From Candidatus Geohabitans tengchongensis (GTDB taxonomy: Bacteria > Sysuimicrobiota > Sysuimicrobiia > Sysuimicrobiales > Humicultoraceae): a stretch of DNA of 64,000 nucleotides. Below the pieces are notes generated by a model. The model searched no databases and had not been told where the DNA came from. It worked only from the letters and a program-made list of their open reading frames with translations. The stretch is taken from NCBI GenBank assembly GCA_031459625.1, contig JAVKIH010000004.1, positions 10,588-74,587 of the forward strand, written 5' to 3'. The position numbers were made by a program, and so were the translations under genes. The stretch's first letter is position 1, and each line of letters starts with the position of its first letter. Of this stretch, positions 48,982 through 58,306 are shown piece by piece.

Positions 48982-50043
48982 ATGGCGCTCTTGCCGGGGG
49001 TGGTCTCCGAGGTCATCCAGACGCGCCGACTCCGTACCCACGTCCTGCGCACGGCCCGGATGGGCGGCGCGCCGGTGGTATTTGTCGACGGGAACATCTC
49101 CACGGCGCGCTTCTGGGAGGAGATCCTGGCGACGCTGCCCGCGCCCTGGTCGGGCATCGCCATGGATCTGCGCGGGTACGGCGGATCGGAACTCCGACCG
49201 GTGGACGCGACTCGCGGGCTGCGCGATTTCGCCGACGACCTGGCAGCGCTCCTGGAAGCGCTTGCCGTCGAGCGGCCACACCTGGTCGGGTGGTCGCTGG
49301 GGGCGGGAGTGGTGATGCAATACGCGCTGGACCACCCCGGTGGTGTCGCCTCCCTGACCCTGGAGGCGCCGCTGTCGCCCTATGGCTTCGGCGGCACCAG
49401 AGACGAGGCCGGAACGCCCTGCTGGCCCGACTACGCCGGCTCGGGCGGGGGGACGGCGAACCCGGAGTTCGTCCGGCGCCTGCGCGAAGGTGACCGGACT
49501 GACGAGAGCCCCTTCTCCCCCCGCAACGTCATGCGCGCCTTCTACGTCAAGCCGCCGTTTCGGCCCGCGCCCGAGCGGGAGGAGATCCTCGTCGCGGAGG
49601 TCCTCACCACCGCCGTGGGCGATGACAACTACCCGGGGGACGTGACGCCTTCCCCCCACTGGCCACACGTGGCCCCCGGCCGACGGGGCGTGAACAACGC
49701 GATGTCGCCCGCTTACTGCAACCTGAGCGGGTTCGCCCGCCTCACGCCCAAGCCGCCCGTCCTCTGGATCCGGGGAGCCGACGACCAGATCGTCTCCGAT
49801 ACGTCCTTGTTCGACTTCGGGTACCTGGGCCGGATCGGGGCCGTACCGGGGTGGCCGGGCGAGGAGGTCTTCCCGCCGCAACCGATGGTCAGCCAGACTC
49901 GGGCGGTCCTGGACGCCTACCGGCGCGACGGCGGCTCGGTTGCGGAGGAGGTCTTCCCCGACTGCGGGCACTCTCCGCACCTCGAGGACCCCGAGCGGTT
50001 TCGGTCCCTGCTGGTGGCCTTCGTGTCGGCGGCCACCACCTGA
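48982..50043 (+). CDS. Alpha/beta hydrolase (possible PHA/3HB-oligomer hydrolase)
   Basis: DGNISTARFW, DLRGYG, GWSLG, GADDQIV and CGHSP motifs. Confidence 0.88.
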   Translation: MALLPGVVSEVIQTRRLRTHVLRTARMGGAPVVFVDGNISTARFWEEILATLPAPWSGIAMDLRGYGGSELRPVDATRGLRDFADDLAALLEALAVERPHLVGWSLGAGVVMQYALDHPGGVASLTLEAPLSPYGFGGTRDEAGTPCWPDYAGSGGGTANPEFVRRLREGDRTDESPFSPRNVMRAFYVKPPFRPAPEREEILVAEVLTTAVGDDNYPGDVTPSPHWPHVAPGRRGVNNAMSPAYCNLSGFARLTPKPPVLWIRGADDQIVSDTSLFDFGYLGRIGAVPGWPGEEVFPPQPMVSQTRAVLDAYRRDGGSVAEEVFPDCGHSPHLEDPERFRSLLVAFVSAATT

Positions 50044-50090
50044 CGGCCGTGGAGCCGGCACACACGGGAAGGAGCGAAAGGGGGAGAGCC

Positions 50091-51290
50091 ATGAGACGTG
50101 GAGGGCGATGGTGGGTTCCGGGAGTGGCGCTGGTGGCACTGCTGGCGGTGCTGGCACCGGCAGCAGCGCAGCGGGCGGGGCCGGTCCGGCTGGGGGCCAT
50201 CATCCCGCTGAGCGGTCCCGAGGGCGTGAGCGGGCAGGCGATGCAGAAGGGCTACCAGCTCGCCCTGGAGGAGGTCAACGGCCGCGGGGGAGTGCTGGGC
50301 CGTCCCCTCGAGCTCATCGTGGAGGACGACAAAGGCGACCCGCCCACCGGCGCGGCCGTCTTCCAGAAGCTCGTCACGCGCGACCGCATCGACATCCTCA
50401 TCGGCGGCCTGCAGTCCGCGGTGACCATCGCGGTCGTCAGCCAAGTCCTCCGCCAGCCGATCCTCATGGCCTGGACGGGCGCGGCCTTCTCAGGTATCGA
50501 GCGGGACCTGGTCAAGGACGCCGACTGGTTCTTCCACTACCACCCGTGGGACTACCACAACACCGACTCGCTCTTCCGGTTCATCAAGTCCACCGGGGCG
50601 AAGACGGTGGCGGTGGCCCACGAGGACGGGCCCTTCGGCGCGGGGTCCATCGACGCGATCCGGGCCTTCGCCCGCAACTACGGAGTGGAGGTGACCTTCA
50701 TCGACGCCTTCAAGAGCGGCACGCCGGACCTGACCCCGCTGCTCACCAAGGCCAAGGGCGCCAATGCCGATGTCTTCGTCTTCATCAGCTTCGCCCAGGA
50801 CGTGGTCCCCATCGTGACGCAGGCCCGCCAGGTCGGGTTCGCGCCCAAGCTGATGATCGGCACACCCCCCTCCTGGCCGATCGGCTACGAGCGCCTGGCG
50901 GCCGGCAACAACGTGGCCGGGCTGGCGCTGTGGACCCCCGAGAACCGCCACCCGGCCTCGCAGCGCTTCGTCAGCCGCTGGCGCGAGAAGTTCCGCGAAG
51001 AACCGACTTCCTACTGGGGCCCGCTGGCCTACACCAACGTGGTGACGGTGGCCGACGCGGTCAACCGTGCCGGCACCGCCGACCGGGCGGCGGTGACGCG
51101 GGCGCTGGCGGCGACGGACTACGAGGGGCCGATCGGCCGGCGGCTGACCTTCAAGCGGTCGCTGGTGGGCCGCTACCAGGGGTTCACCAGCCTGATCGCC
51201 TTCCAGTGGCGGGACGGCAAGCAGGTCACCGTGTGGCCCGAGGAGATCGCCGGCGGGCGGCTGCAGTACCCGGTGGGGTACGGCCGCTGA
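50091..51290 (+). CDS. HAAT (branched-chain amino acid-type) ABC substrate-binding protein
   Basis: Signal peptide; GAIIPLSG and EEVNGRGGVLGRPLELIVEDD. Confidence 0.92.
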   Translation: MRRGGRWWVPGVALVALLAVLAPAAAQRAGPVRLGAIIPLSGPEGVSGQAMQKGYQLALEEVNGRGGVLGRPLELIVEDDKGDPPTGAAVFQKLVTRDRIDILIGGLQSAVTIAVVSQVLRQPILMAWTGAAFSGIERDLVKDADWFFHYHPWDYHNTDSLFRFIKSTGAKTVAVAHEDGPFGAGSIDAIRAFARNYGVEVTFIDAFKSGTPDLTPLLTKAKGANADVFVFISFAQDVVPIVTQARQVGFAPKLMIGTPPSWPIGYERLAAGNNVAGLALWTPENRHPASQRFVSRWREKFREEPTSYWGPLAYTNVVTVADAVNRAGTADRAAVTRALAATDYEGPIGRRLTFKRSLVGRYQGFTSLIAFQWRDGKQVTVWPEEIAGGRLQYPVGYGR

Positions 51291-51382
51291 CCCACGGCCG
51301 CGGGGCCCCGCCCCGCGGTCCACACGACGTCGGGGGCACCCGGCGCCACGACGGGGGCCCCGGGCCGGGGGAGGGTTGAGGC

Positions 51383-52243
51383 ATCGAGACCCTGCTCCAG
51401 GTGCTGATCTTCGGGACGCTGCGCTCGGGGCTGTATGCGCTGGCCGCGGTCGGGCTGGCCCTCTCCGTGGGGGTGATCGGGATCGTGAACTTCGCCCACG
51501 GGGAGTTCCTCATGCTGGGGGCCTACCTGGGGTACTGGCTCTTCGCCTCGTACGGCGTCGACCCGCTGGCGGCGATCCCGCTGGGCGCGGCGGGGCTCTT
51601 CGTGCTCGGGGGCGCGCTCTACCGGACGGCGATCCGGCGCGTCCTGCGCGCCCCCGAGCTGAACCAGATGCTGCTCACCTTCGGCATCGCCATCTTCCTC
51701 CAGAACCTGGCCGTCATCCTCTGGAGCGGCGACCCGCGCACCGCCGCCATCCCCTACAAGGCCAGCGCGCTCGCCCTGGGGCCCTTCACCATCGGCCTGC
51801 CCCAGGTGGTGGTCTTCGTCCTGGCCACGGGGCTGACGGCGGCGCTCTACGCCCTCCTGGGGCGCACGCGGGTGGGCAAGGCCATGCGCGCGGTGGCGCA
51901 GGACCGCGTCGGTTCCGCCATCATCGGCGTCGAGGTCGATCGCATCTACCTGCTGGCCTTCGGCCTCTCGGTGGCCCTGGCCGGCACGGCGGGCCTGATG
52001 ATCACCCTGCAGCTCTCCGCCTCGCCCTACATGGGGTTGCTCTACACGCTGAAGGCGTTCGCCATCATCGTCATCGCCGGGCTGGGCAACATCGGCGCGG
52101 TCGTCTACGCCAGCCTGGTCCTGGGCCTCGCCGAGGCGTTTGTGGAGTTCTACGTGCCCAACGGCGGCGGGTGGTCGGAGGGGGTCTTCTTCCTCCTCAT
52201 CCTGCTCGTGCTGCTCGTCCGACCGCGGGGGCTCTTCCAGTGA
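51383..52243 (+). CDS. HAAT ABC permease (LivH-like)
   Basis: [18 protein letters not shown] and RPRGLF motifs. Start is ATC 51383 (8 nt after GGAGG) or GTG 51401. Confidence 0.9.
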   Translation: METLLQVLIFGTLRSGLYALAAVGLALSVGVIGIVNFAHGEFLMLGAYLGYWLFASYGVDPLAAIPLGAAGLFVLGGALYRTAIRRVLRAPELNQMLLTFGIAIFLQNLAVILWSGDPRTAAIPYKASALALGPFTIGLPQVVVFVLATGLTAALYALLGRTRVGKAMRAVAQDRVGSAIIGVEVDRIYLLAFGLSVALAGTAGLMITLQLSASPYMGLLYTLKAFAIIVIAGLGNIGAVVYASLVLGLAEAFVEFYVPNGGGWSEGVFFLLILLVLLVRPRGLFQ

Positions 52244-53247
52244 CTGTCTCCCGCGCGCTGCCGCTGTCGCGGCCGGACCGCCTGGCCGGCCGGTTGGGCG
52301 TCCCGCTCCTCCTGGGCGCGGCCCTGGCCTGGCCGTTCCTCACCGTCCGCACACAGCCCTACCTGCTGCAGCTCTCCCTGAACATCCTGATCTTCGCCGT
52401 CCTGGCCGTGTCGTGGGACCTGCTGGCGCGGACGGGGCAGCTCTCGCTGGCGCACGCCGCCTTCTACGGGCTGGGGGCGTACACCTCGGCGCTGCTGGCC
52501 ACGCGGCTGCACGTGCCCATCCCGCTGGCCATGCTGGCCGGGGGCGGCCTCGCCGTGGTGTGCGCCGTGGGGCTGGGGCTGCTCACCCTGCGCCTGCGCG
52601 GCATCTACTTCGCCATCGCCACCCTGGCTTTCACCGAGACGCTGCGGGTCGTGGCCAAGCAGGTGCGCTTCTTCGGCGCCGCCACCGGGCTCGTCGTCCC
52701 GCCGCTCTTCCCGGCCAGCCTGGTGGGCCAGTACCTGGTCATCCTGGCCGTGCTGCTGGCCACGCTCCTGGTCTCGTGGCGCGTGAACCGGTCGCGCTGG
52801 TACTTCGCCTTCACGGCCATCCGCACCAACGAGGCGGTGGCTGCGGTCATGGGCGTGGACGTGGTCCGCTTCAAGGTGGCGGCCTTCGCCCTGAGCGCCT
52901 TCTTTGCCGGCCTGACGGGGGCGTACTACGCCCACGTCTTCCTCTTCATCAACCCCTTCGAGGTCTTCAGCCTGGCCATCTCCGTCGGTGCACTGGTGGC
53001 GCCCATCTTCGGCGGCCTGTACACCACTGCGGGGCCGCTGCTCGGGGCGGTGGTCCTGCGGGCAGGCGAGGAAGCCCTGCGGGCGACCATCCGCAGCGGC
53101 CACCTGATCCTCTACGGAGGGATCCTGGCGGTGGTCGTCCTCTACATGCCGCGCGGGCTGCTCGGGGTGCTGGTCGCCCTGCGCCTGCGCCGGCCCCCGG
53201 CGGTCGCCGTCGGCCCGGCGCCGCCGGCGGGAGGGGCGGGGCGGTGA
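52240..53247 (+). CDS. HAAT ABC permease (LivM-like)
   Basis: [29 protein letters not shown] and MPRGL motifs. Confidence 0.92.
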   Translation: MTVSRALPLSRPDRLAGRLGVPLLLGAALAWPFLTVRTQPYLLQLSLNILIFAVLAVSWDLLARTGQLSLAHAAFYGLGAYTSALLATRLHVPIPLAMLAGGGLAVVCAVGLGLLTLRLRGIYFAIATLAFTETLRVVAKQVRFFGAATGLVVPPLFPASLVGQYLVILAVLLATLLVSWRVNRSRWYFAFTAIRTNEAVAAVMGVDVVRFKVAAFALSAFFAGLTGAYYAHVFLFINPFEVFSLAISVGALVAPIFGGLYTTAGPLLGAVVLRAGEEALRATIRSGHLILYGGILAVVVLYMPRGLLGVLVALRLRRPPAVAVGPAPPAGGAGR

Positions 53248-53981
53248 GCCTGCTTGCGCTGGACGAGGTCACGAAGGCGTTCGGCGGGCTCGTCGCGGTG
53301 AGCGACCTCTCCTTCGAGGTGCGGGAAGGCGAGGTCCTCGCGCTCATCGGGCCGAACGGGGCGGGGAAGTCGACGGCGTTCAACCTGATCTCGGGGCTGC
53401 TGGCCCCTGACCGGGGCCGCATCGCCTTCGACGGGCGGGAGATCACCCGTCTGCCGCCGTCGGCGCGTGCCCACCTGGGGATCGGCCGCACGTTTCAGGT
53501 CATGCAGCCCTTCCATGACATGACCGTCCTGGAGAACGTCATGGTGGGGGAGCTGTTCGGTCACGCCGTCCCCAAGTCCCTGGCCGAGGCGCGGCGCGAT
53601 GCCGAAGGCATCTGTCGCCTCGTCGGCATCGAGCACCTGATGCACCGGGAGGCCACGGGGCTGGGGGTGGCGGACCTCAAGCGGCTGGAGGTCGCCCGGG
53701 CGCTGGCCACGCACCCGCGCCTGCTGCTGCTCGACGAGGTGATGGCCGGCTTGCGCCCGCCGGAGGTCGACCAGGCCGTGCAGATGCTGCGGGGCCTGCG
53801 CAGCGCAGGGATCACCCTGCTGGTGATCGACCACGTGATCCGCAGCGTCCGGGACCTGGCCGACCGGGTGGTGGTCCTGAACTTCGGCCGGAAGATCGCC
53901 GAGGGCACGTTCGCCGCGGTGGCGCGGGACCCCCCCGTCATCCAGGCCTACCTCGGCGAGGCCGGCGAGGGAGGGGGGTGA
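53244..53981 (+). CDS. HAAT ABC ATPase (LivG-like)
   Basis: [20 protein letters not shown] and LLLDE motifs. Confidence 0.93.
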   Translation: MSLLALDEVTKAFGGLVAVSDLSFEVREGEVLALIGPNGAGKSTAFNLISGLLAPDRGRIAFDGREITRLPPSARAHLGIGRTFQVMQPFHDMTVLENVMVGELFGHAVPKSLAEARRDAEGICRLVGIEHLMHREATGLGVADLKRLEVARALATHPRLLLLDEVMAGLRPPEVDQAVQMLRGLRSAGITLLVIDHVIRSVRDLADRVVVLNFGRKIAEGTFAAVARDPPVIQAYLGEAGEGGG

Positions 53982-53987
53982 GGGCCT

Positions 53988-54719
53988 CTGGACGGGCCGT
54001 CGGACGGCGACGCGCTGCTGCAGGTGGAGGGGATGAGCGCGGGGTACGGGCCGGTGCGCGTCCTGTGGGACGTCACCCTGCGCGTCGCTCCCGGAGAGAT
54101 CGTGGCCCTGGTGGGGGCCAACGGAGCGGGCAAGACGACGCTGCTGCGGGCCATCACGGGCCTCGTGCGCGCCAGCGGGGTGATCCGCGTCGGCGGGACG
54201 GTGGTCACCCACCGCTCCCCCGCCGCCATCGCCCGGCTGGGGGTGGCCCACGTGCCCGAGGGGCGCCACCTCTTCCCGCAGATGACGGTCCGGGACCACC
54301 TGGAGCTGGGGGCGGCGTTCGTCCCGGGCGCCTGGGACGCCCGGGAGCAGACCCTCGCGTGGGTCCACGCCCTCTTCCCCCGCCTGCGCGAGCGGGCGGC
54401 GCAGCCGGCCGGCACGATGAGCGGCGGGGAGCAGCAGATGCTGGCGATCGCCCGGGCGCTGATGGCCCGCCCCCGCCTGCTGCTGGTCGACGAACCCTCG
54501 CTGGGGCTGGCGCCGGTGCTGGTCCAGGCCGTCTTCCAGGCGCTGCGGGAGATCAACCGGCACGGGGTCACCATCCTGCTGGTCGAGCAGAACGTGCGCC
54601 AGACGCTGGTGATGGCCCACCGAGGCTACGTGCTGGAGAACGGCCGGGTCGTCCTGGAGGGGACGGGCCGCGAGCTGCTTGAGAACCCCCACGTCCAACA
54701 GGCCTACCTGGGGCTCTGA
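53988..54719 (+). CDS. HAAT ABC ATPase (LivF-like)
   Basis: GANGAGKTT, VPEGR, MSGGEQQM and DEPSLGLAP motifs. Start is CTG 53988 or GTG 54024. Confidence 0.93.
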   Translation: MDGPSDGDALLQVEGMSAGYGPVRVLWDVTLRVAPGEIVALVGANGAGKTTLLRAITGLVRASGVIRVGGTVVTHRSPAAIARLGVAHVPEGRHLFPQMTVRDHLELGAAFVPGAWDAREQTLAWVHALFPRLRERAAQPAGTMSGGEQQMLAIARALMARPRLLLVDEPSLGLAPVLVQAVFQALREINRHGVTILLVEQNVRQTLVMAHRGYVLENGRVVLEGTGRELLENPHVQQAYLGL

Positions 54720-55506
54720 GCCCGCCAGGGGGCTCGTGGTCTACACCCTGGGGCGGTTCCGCGTCCTGCGAGACGGGGAGGAGATCCCGGCCCGGGCCTG
54801 GAGGCGCCGGAAGGCCCTCCTCCTCTTCCAGTTCCTCCTCACCGCCCGTCACCGTCCGATGCTGAAGGACGAGATCGTCGACCGCCTCTGGCCGGATCTC
54901 GACCCCCGGGTGGCCGACCGGGACTTCAAGGTGGCGCTGCACGCGCTGTGGTACGCGCTGGAGCCCCGTCGCCGACCCCGGCAGCCCTCCCGGTTCGTCC
55001 GGCGCGTGGGAGAGGGCTACCAGGTGACCCGCGAGGGTGTGTGGGTGGACGCGGACGCGATGGAGGCGTACGTCGCCGCCGCGGCGCAGCAGACCGCGCG
55101 CGACCCGGCCGCAGCACGGGCCGCCTATCGTGCCGCCCTCGACCTCTATGGGGGCGACTACCTGCCGGACCGCCGCTACGACGACTGGGCCACGGCGGAG
55201 CGGGAACGGCTGCAGACGCTGGCCCTGGGGGCCATGGCCGCCCTGGCCGGCCTCCTCCTGGACGAGCAGCCGCGGGAGAGCCTGCGGCTGGCCGGGCGGA
55301 TGCTGGCCATCGACCCGGCCTGGGAGGAGGCCTACCGCATCGCGATGCGCGCCCACCTGGCCACCGGGAACCGGGTCCAGGCCCTGCGGTCCTACGAGCG
55401 GTGCGTGGCTGCCCTCCGCGAGCTCGGCCTGGAGCCCCTGCCCGAGACGCAGGCCCTGGCCCGGACGCTGCGCGGTCGCCCGTGGCCGCCTGTAACTCCG
55501 CCGTAA
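54679..55506 (+). CDS. SARP-type transcriptional activator (winged HTH + BTAD)
   Basis: YTLGRFRV, IVDRLWPD, VWVDA, LYGGDYL and DPAWEEAYR...GNRVQALRSYE; start uncertain. Confidence 0.88.
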   Translation: MRTPTSNRPTWGSEPARGLVVYTLGRFRVLRDGEEIPARAWRRRKALLLFQFLLTARHRPMLKDEIVDRLWPDLDPRVADRDFKVALHALWYALEPRRRPRQPSRFVRRVGEGYQVTREGVWVDADAMEAYVAAAAQQTARDPAAARAAYRAALDLYGGDYLPDRRYDDWATAERERLQTLALGAMAALAGLLLDEQPRESLRLAGRMLAIDPAWEEAYRIAMRAHLATGNRVQALRSYERCVAALRELGLEPLPETQALARTLRGRPWPPVTPP

Positions 55507-55508
55507 CT
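55491..55508 (+). promoter_or_regulatory. Candidate SARP-binding direct repeat
   Basis: TGTAACT-CCGC-CGTAACT: two heptamers with 11-bp periodicity just upstream of the PHA granule genes. Confidence 0.5.
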
Positions 55509-55521
55509 CGCCTCCGCCAGG

Positions 55522-56049
55522 GTGGGGGCGGTGAGGACGACGCGGCAGGGCATCGCCTCCTTCCTGGTGCGTTTCGTCCAGGAAGCCTGGCGCGACCGGA
55601 CGGGCGAGCCGCGGCTGCGCTGGCGGGGCACCGTGCGCCACGTCCAGACCAGCGAGGAGGTCCCGTTCACCGGGTTCGCCGAGGTGGTGGCGTTCATGCA
55701 GCGTCACCTGGCCGCACTCACCCGAGAGACCGCGGAGGGGACGTCCATGGATCAGGACAAGCTGTTGCAAGAGAGCCTGAAGCTGTGGGAGGAGTTCGCC
55801 ACGACCTACTCCAGCCTGCTGTTCCAGGCGATGGATCGGGTCATCCAGCAGTCGGACGCCCTCAAGCAGCAGCTGAACGAGGCGGTGCAGCGCTCGCTGC
55901 AGGCCTGGAAAGGTGTGGGGGGGACGTCGCCCGACCTCGCCCGGGCGGTGGACCGCCTGGCCGCCCGGGTCGAGCAGCTGGCCGAGCGGGTGGATCGGCT
56001 GGAGCGGTCTGCGAAGCGTCCCGGCCGCAAAGGCGGCAAGCGCGGCTGA
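55522..56049 (+). CDS. Hypothetical two-part protein (small beta domain plus helical phasin-like region)
   Basis: SFLVRF...WRGTVRHVQT N-part; C-part begins MDQDKLLQ behind an internal GGAGG and ends in a coiled coil and basic tail. Confidence 0.65.
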   Translation: MGAVRTTRQGIASFLVRFVQEAWRDRTGEPRLRWRGTVRHVQTSEEVPFTGFAEVVAFMQRHLAALTRETAEGTSMDQDKLLQESLKLWEEFATTYSSLLFQAMDRVIQQSDALKQQLNEAVQRSLQAWKGVGGTSPDLARAVDRLAARVEQLAERVDRLERSAKRPGRKGGKRG

Positions 56050-56162
56050 TGGGTGGGCCCCGGCGCGGCACCGGCGGCCCTGTTCGGGAAGCCCGTCCAG
56101 GCTCCGGCGCACCGCGACGGGCAGCACGGACGGAGCATGACACCACACCCGGGAGGAGGGGG

Positions 56163-56438
56163 ATGGTCATGAGCAAGCAGGCCCAGACGACCGCAGGGGG
56201 ATCGCCCGCCCAGGTGTACGCCGACCTGTGGCTGAAGGCAACGGAGCAGTGGGTCGACGAGGCGCTGACCGTGCGGGAGCGGCTGAGCGCGATCGCGGCG
56301 CAGGCCCTCACGCGCACCCGCGAGCTGGCGGCGAAGGAAGGAGAGCTGGCTCTGGACGTGCTAGAAGCCTGGCAGGCACAGGCGCAGGTCGCCACGCGCC
56401 GTCTGGCGAAAGTCTTCGGCGTCCCGTCGGTCGGTTAG
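56163..56438 (+). CDS. Small amphipathic helical protein, phasin-like
   Basis: Strong GGAGGAGG RBS; Ala/Gln/Glu-rich helical sequence; position in the PHA cluster. Confidence 0.6.
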   Translation: MVMSKQAQTTAGGSPAQVYADLWLKATEQWVDEALTVRERLSAIAAQALTRTRELAAKEGELALDVLEAWQAQAQVATRRLAKVFGVPSVG

Positions 56439-56466
56439 CCTTCCACCCTCCGGCGGCCCGGCCGGT

Positions 56467-56763
56467 ATGGAGCGTGACCCCGCAGTCACCGTCCTGAAGA
56501 CCGTCCTGGAGACCCTGGAGCCCGTCGCGACCTCCTGGTGGGAGGCGGCCGCCCGGCACCCGCTCTTTCTGGCCGCGCTGGGGGGGTGGCTGCGGGGCGC
56601 CCTCCTGGCTGTCCGGTGGGCGTCACCGTGGCCGGCCGTGGGCGGCGGGGCGGGAGGGGCGGAGGCGCGCCTGTGGTCCCGGCTGCGCCGTCTCGAGGGA
56701 GAGGTGGCCTGGCTCGACCGCCGCGTGACACGGCTGGAGGAAAGGGGTGGCACAGCGCCGTGA
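56467..56763 (+). CDS. Small hypothetical protein, possible minimal PhaE/PhaR-like subunit
   Basis: C-terminal LRRLEGEVAWLDRRVTRLEE coiled coil; GTGA-coupled to the first phaC. Confidence 0.55.
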   Translation: MERDPAVTVLKTVLETLEPVATSWWEAAARHPLFLAALGGWLRGALLAVRWASPWPAVGGGAGGAEARLWSRLRRLEGEVAWLDRRVTRLEERGGTAP

Positions 56764-57854
56764 GGACCGGGGCGGACCAGGACCGTCTCGCCGCCGTCCG
56801 GTGCGCCGACGCGCTGCTCAATGGCTGGCGGTGGGCCCGCGCCTGGTACGCGCTGCGCGGAGCGGAGGTCCCGCTGGGCAGCACGCCGGCGGACGTCGCC
56901 TTCACCCAGGGGCCTGTGCGGCTGCTCCACTACCGCCCGGCGGCGAAGCGGGTCTCCGCGGTGCCGCTGCTGCTGGTGCCGTCGCTCATCAACCGCCACT
57001 ACGTGCTCGACCTCACCCCGCGACGCAGCCTGGTCCGCTACCTGCGGGACAGCGGGTTCGACGTCTGGCTCGTCGACTGGGGCACGCCGGGCTGCGTCGA
57101 CCGGTTCGTGACGCTCGGCGATCACATCGACGGGTATCTGCGCCGCTGCGTGGACGAAGTCCGGGCCGCCACGGGGGCCGCCGGCCTGTCCCTGCTCGGC
57201 TACTGCATCGGCGGGGTCCTGACCGCCATCTTCACCGCCCGCCACCCCCGCCGCGTGCGCAACCTCGTCACCCTGGCCGCTCCCATCGACTTCCGCCAGG
57301 CCGGCCTGCTGGGGGCCTGGGCTGCCGCCCCCTACTTCCCGGTCGACCAGCTCGTCGACACGCTGGGCAATCTCCCGGGGTGGCTCCTCCAGGCCAGCTT
57401 CCGCGCCCTCCGCCCGCTGACCCGGCTGCGCAACCTGGTGGCCCTCTGGGAGCGCGCCGACGACCCCGAGCAGCTCCTGGAGTTCGTGGCCCTCCACCGC
57501 TGGGTCGAGGACAACGTCCCCGTCTCGGGTGAGACCTACCGGCAGTTCGTGCGCGACTGCTACCAGCGCAATCTCCTGGCGGAGGGACGCCTCACCGTGG
57601 ACGGCATGCGGGTGGACCTCCGGCGCATCCGCTGTCCGCTCTTGAACGTCGTCGCCACGCAGGATCACATCTGCCCTCTGCCGTCGGCGGTGGCGCTCAA
57701 CCGCCTGGTGGGGTCGCGGGACGTGACCCTGCTCACCCTGCCCGGCGGGCACGTGGGCGCCGTGGTCGGCCGCGAGGCCACCGAGGTCTTCTGGCCGCGG
57801 CTGCGCGCCTGGCTGCGCCGCCGCTCCGGGTCCCGGACCCGGCGGGTGCGGTGA
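56760..57854 (+). CDS. phaC: PHA synthase catalytic subunit, class III/IV size (copy 1)
   Basis: PLLLVPSLINRHYVLDL, DWG, PhaC box GYCIGG, QDHI and GGHVG. Confidence 0.9.
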   Translation: MRTGADQDRLAAVRCADALLNGWRWARAWYALRGAEVPLGSTPADVAFTQGPVRLLHYRPAAKRVSAVPLLLVPSLINRHYVLDLTPRRSLVRYLRDSGFDVWLVDWGTPGCVDRFVTLGDHIDGYLRRCVDEVRAATGAAGLSLLGYCIGGVLTAIFTARHPRRVRNLVTLAAPIDFRQAGLLGAWAAAPYFPVDQLVDTLGNLPGWLLQASFRALRPLTRLRNLVALWERADDPEQLLEFVALHRWVEDNVPVSGETYRQFVRDCYQRNLLAEGRLTVDGMRVDLRRIRCPLLNVVATQDHICPLPSAVALNRLVGSRDVTLLTLPGGHVGAVVGREATEVFWPRLRAWLRRRSGSRTRRVR

Positions 57855-58306
57855 GCGGGAGCCAGCCGGGCGCGGAGCCCCGGGGTGTCGCTCCGTCCGG
57901 TGAGCCGGAACCCTGGCAGGCCTTGCAAAAGGCCTGGCTCGATGCCTGGGCGAAAGCGATGCACGAGACGGTGGCCGCCGAGGAGTTCGCCCAGGTGATG
58001 GGGCGGTCGCTCGAGGTGTTCCTGCAGGCCTGGGCGCCGCTGCGGCAGATGGAGCGCGTCCTCCAGCGTTCGCTTGAAGGCGCAGGGTTGCCGACGCGCG
58101 CGGACGTCCTGGCCCTGGCCGAGCGCCTGGACGGGCTGGCCCGGCAGGTGGAGGCGCTGGCCGGCAGGGTGGATGCCCTGCGGGGACGGTCCGGGCGGGC
58201 AGCGCCGCCCTCTGGACGCGGCCAGAGGGGCGGCCGCGCGCGGGGCCGCCGCGCGCGCGCGCCGCAGCGACCCGTGGCGCGGACGCAGAGGGCCGACAGG
58301 CGGTGA
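57851..58306 (+). CDS. PhaE/PhaR-like PHA synthase partner subunit
   Basis: WLDAWAKAM...EEFAQVMG and GLPTRADVLALAERLDGL; coupled between the two phaC genes. Confidence 0.75.
   Translation: MSGSQPGAEPRGVAPSGEPEPWQALQKAWLDAWAKAMHETVAAEEFAQVMGRSLEVFLQAWAPLRQMERVLQRSLEGAGLPTRADVLALAERLDGLARQVEALAGRVDALRGRSGRAAPPSGRGQRGGRARGRRARAPQRPVARTQRADRR

Noticed and set aside
53244..54719. Stop read-through fusion of the two HAAT ATPases (same frame across TGA)
   Set aside because: Both are normal-length separate subunits and no recoding signal is visible.
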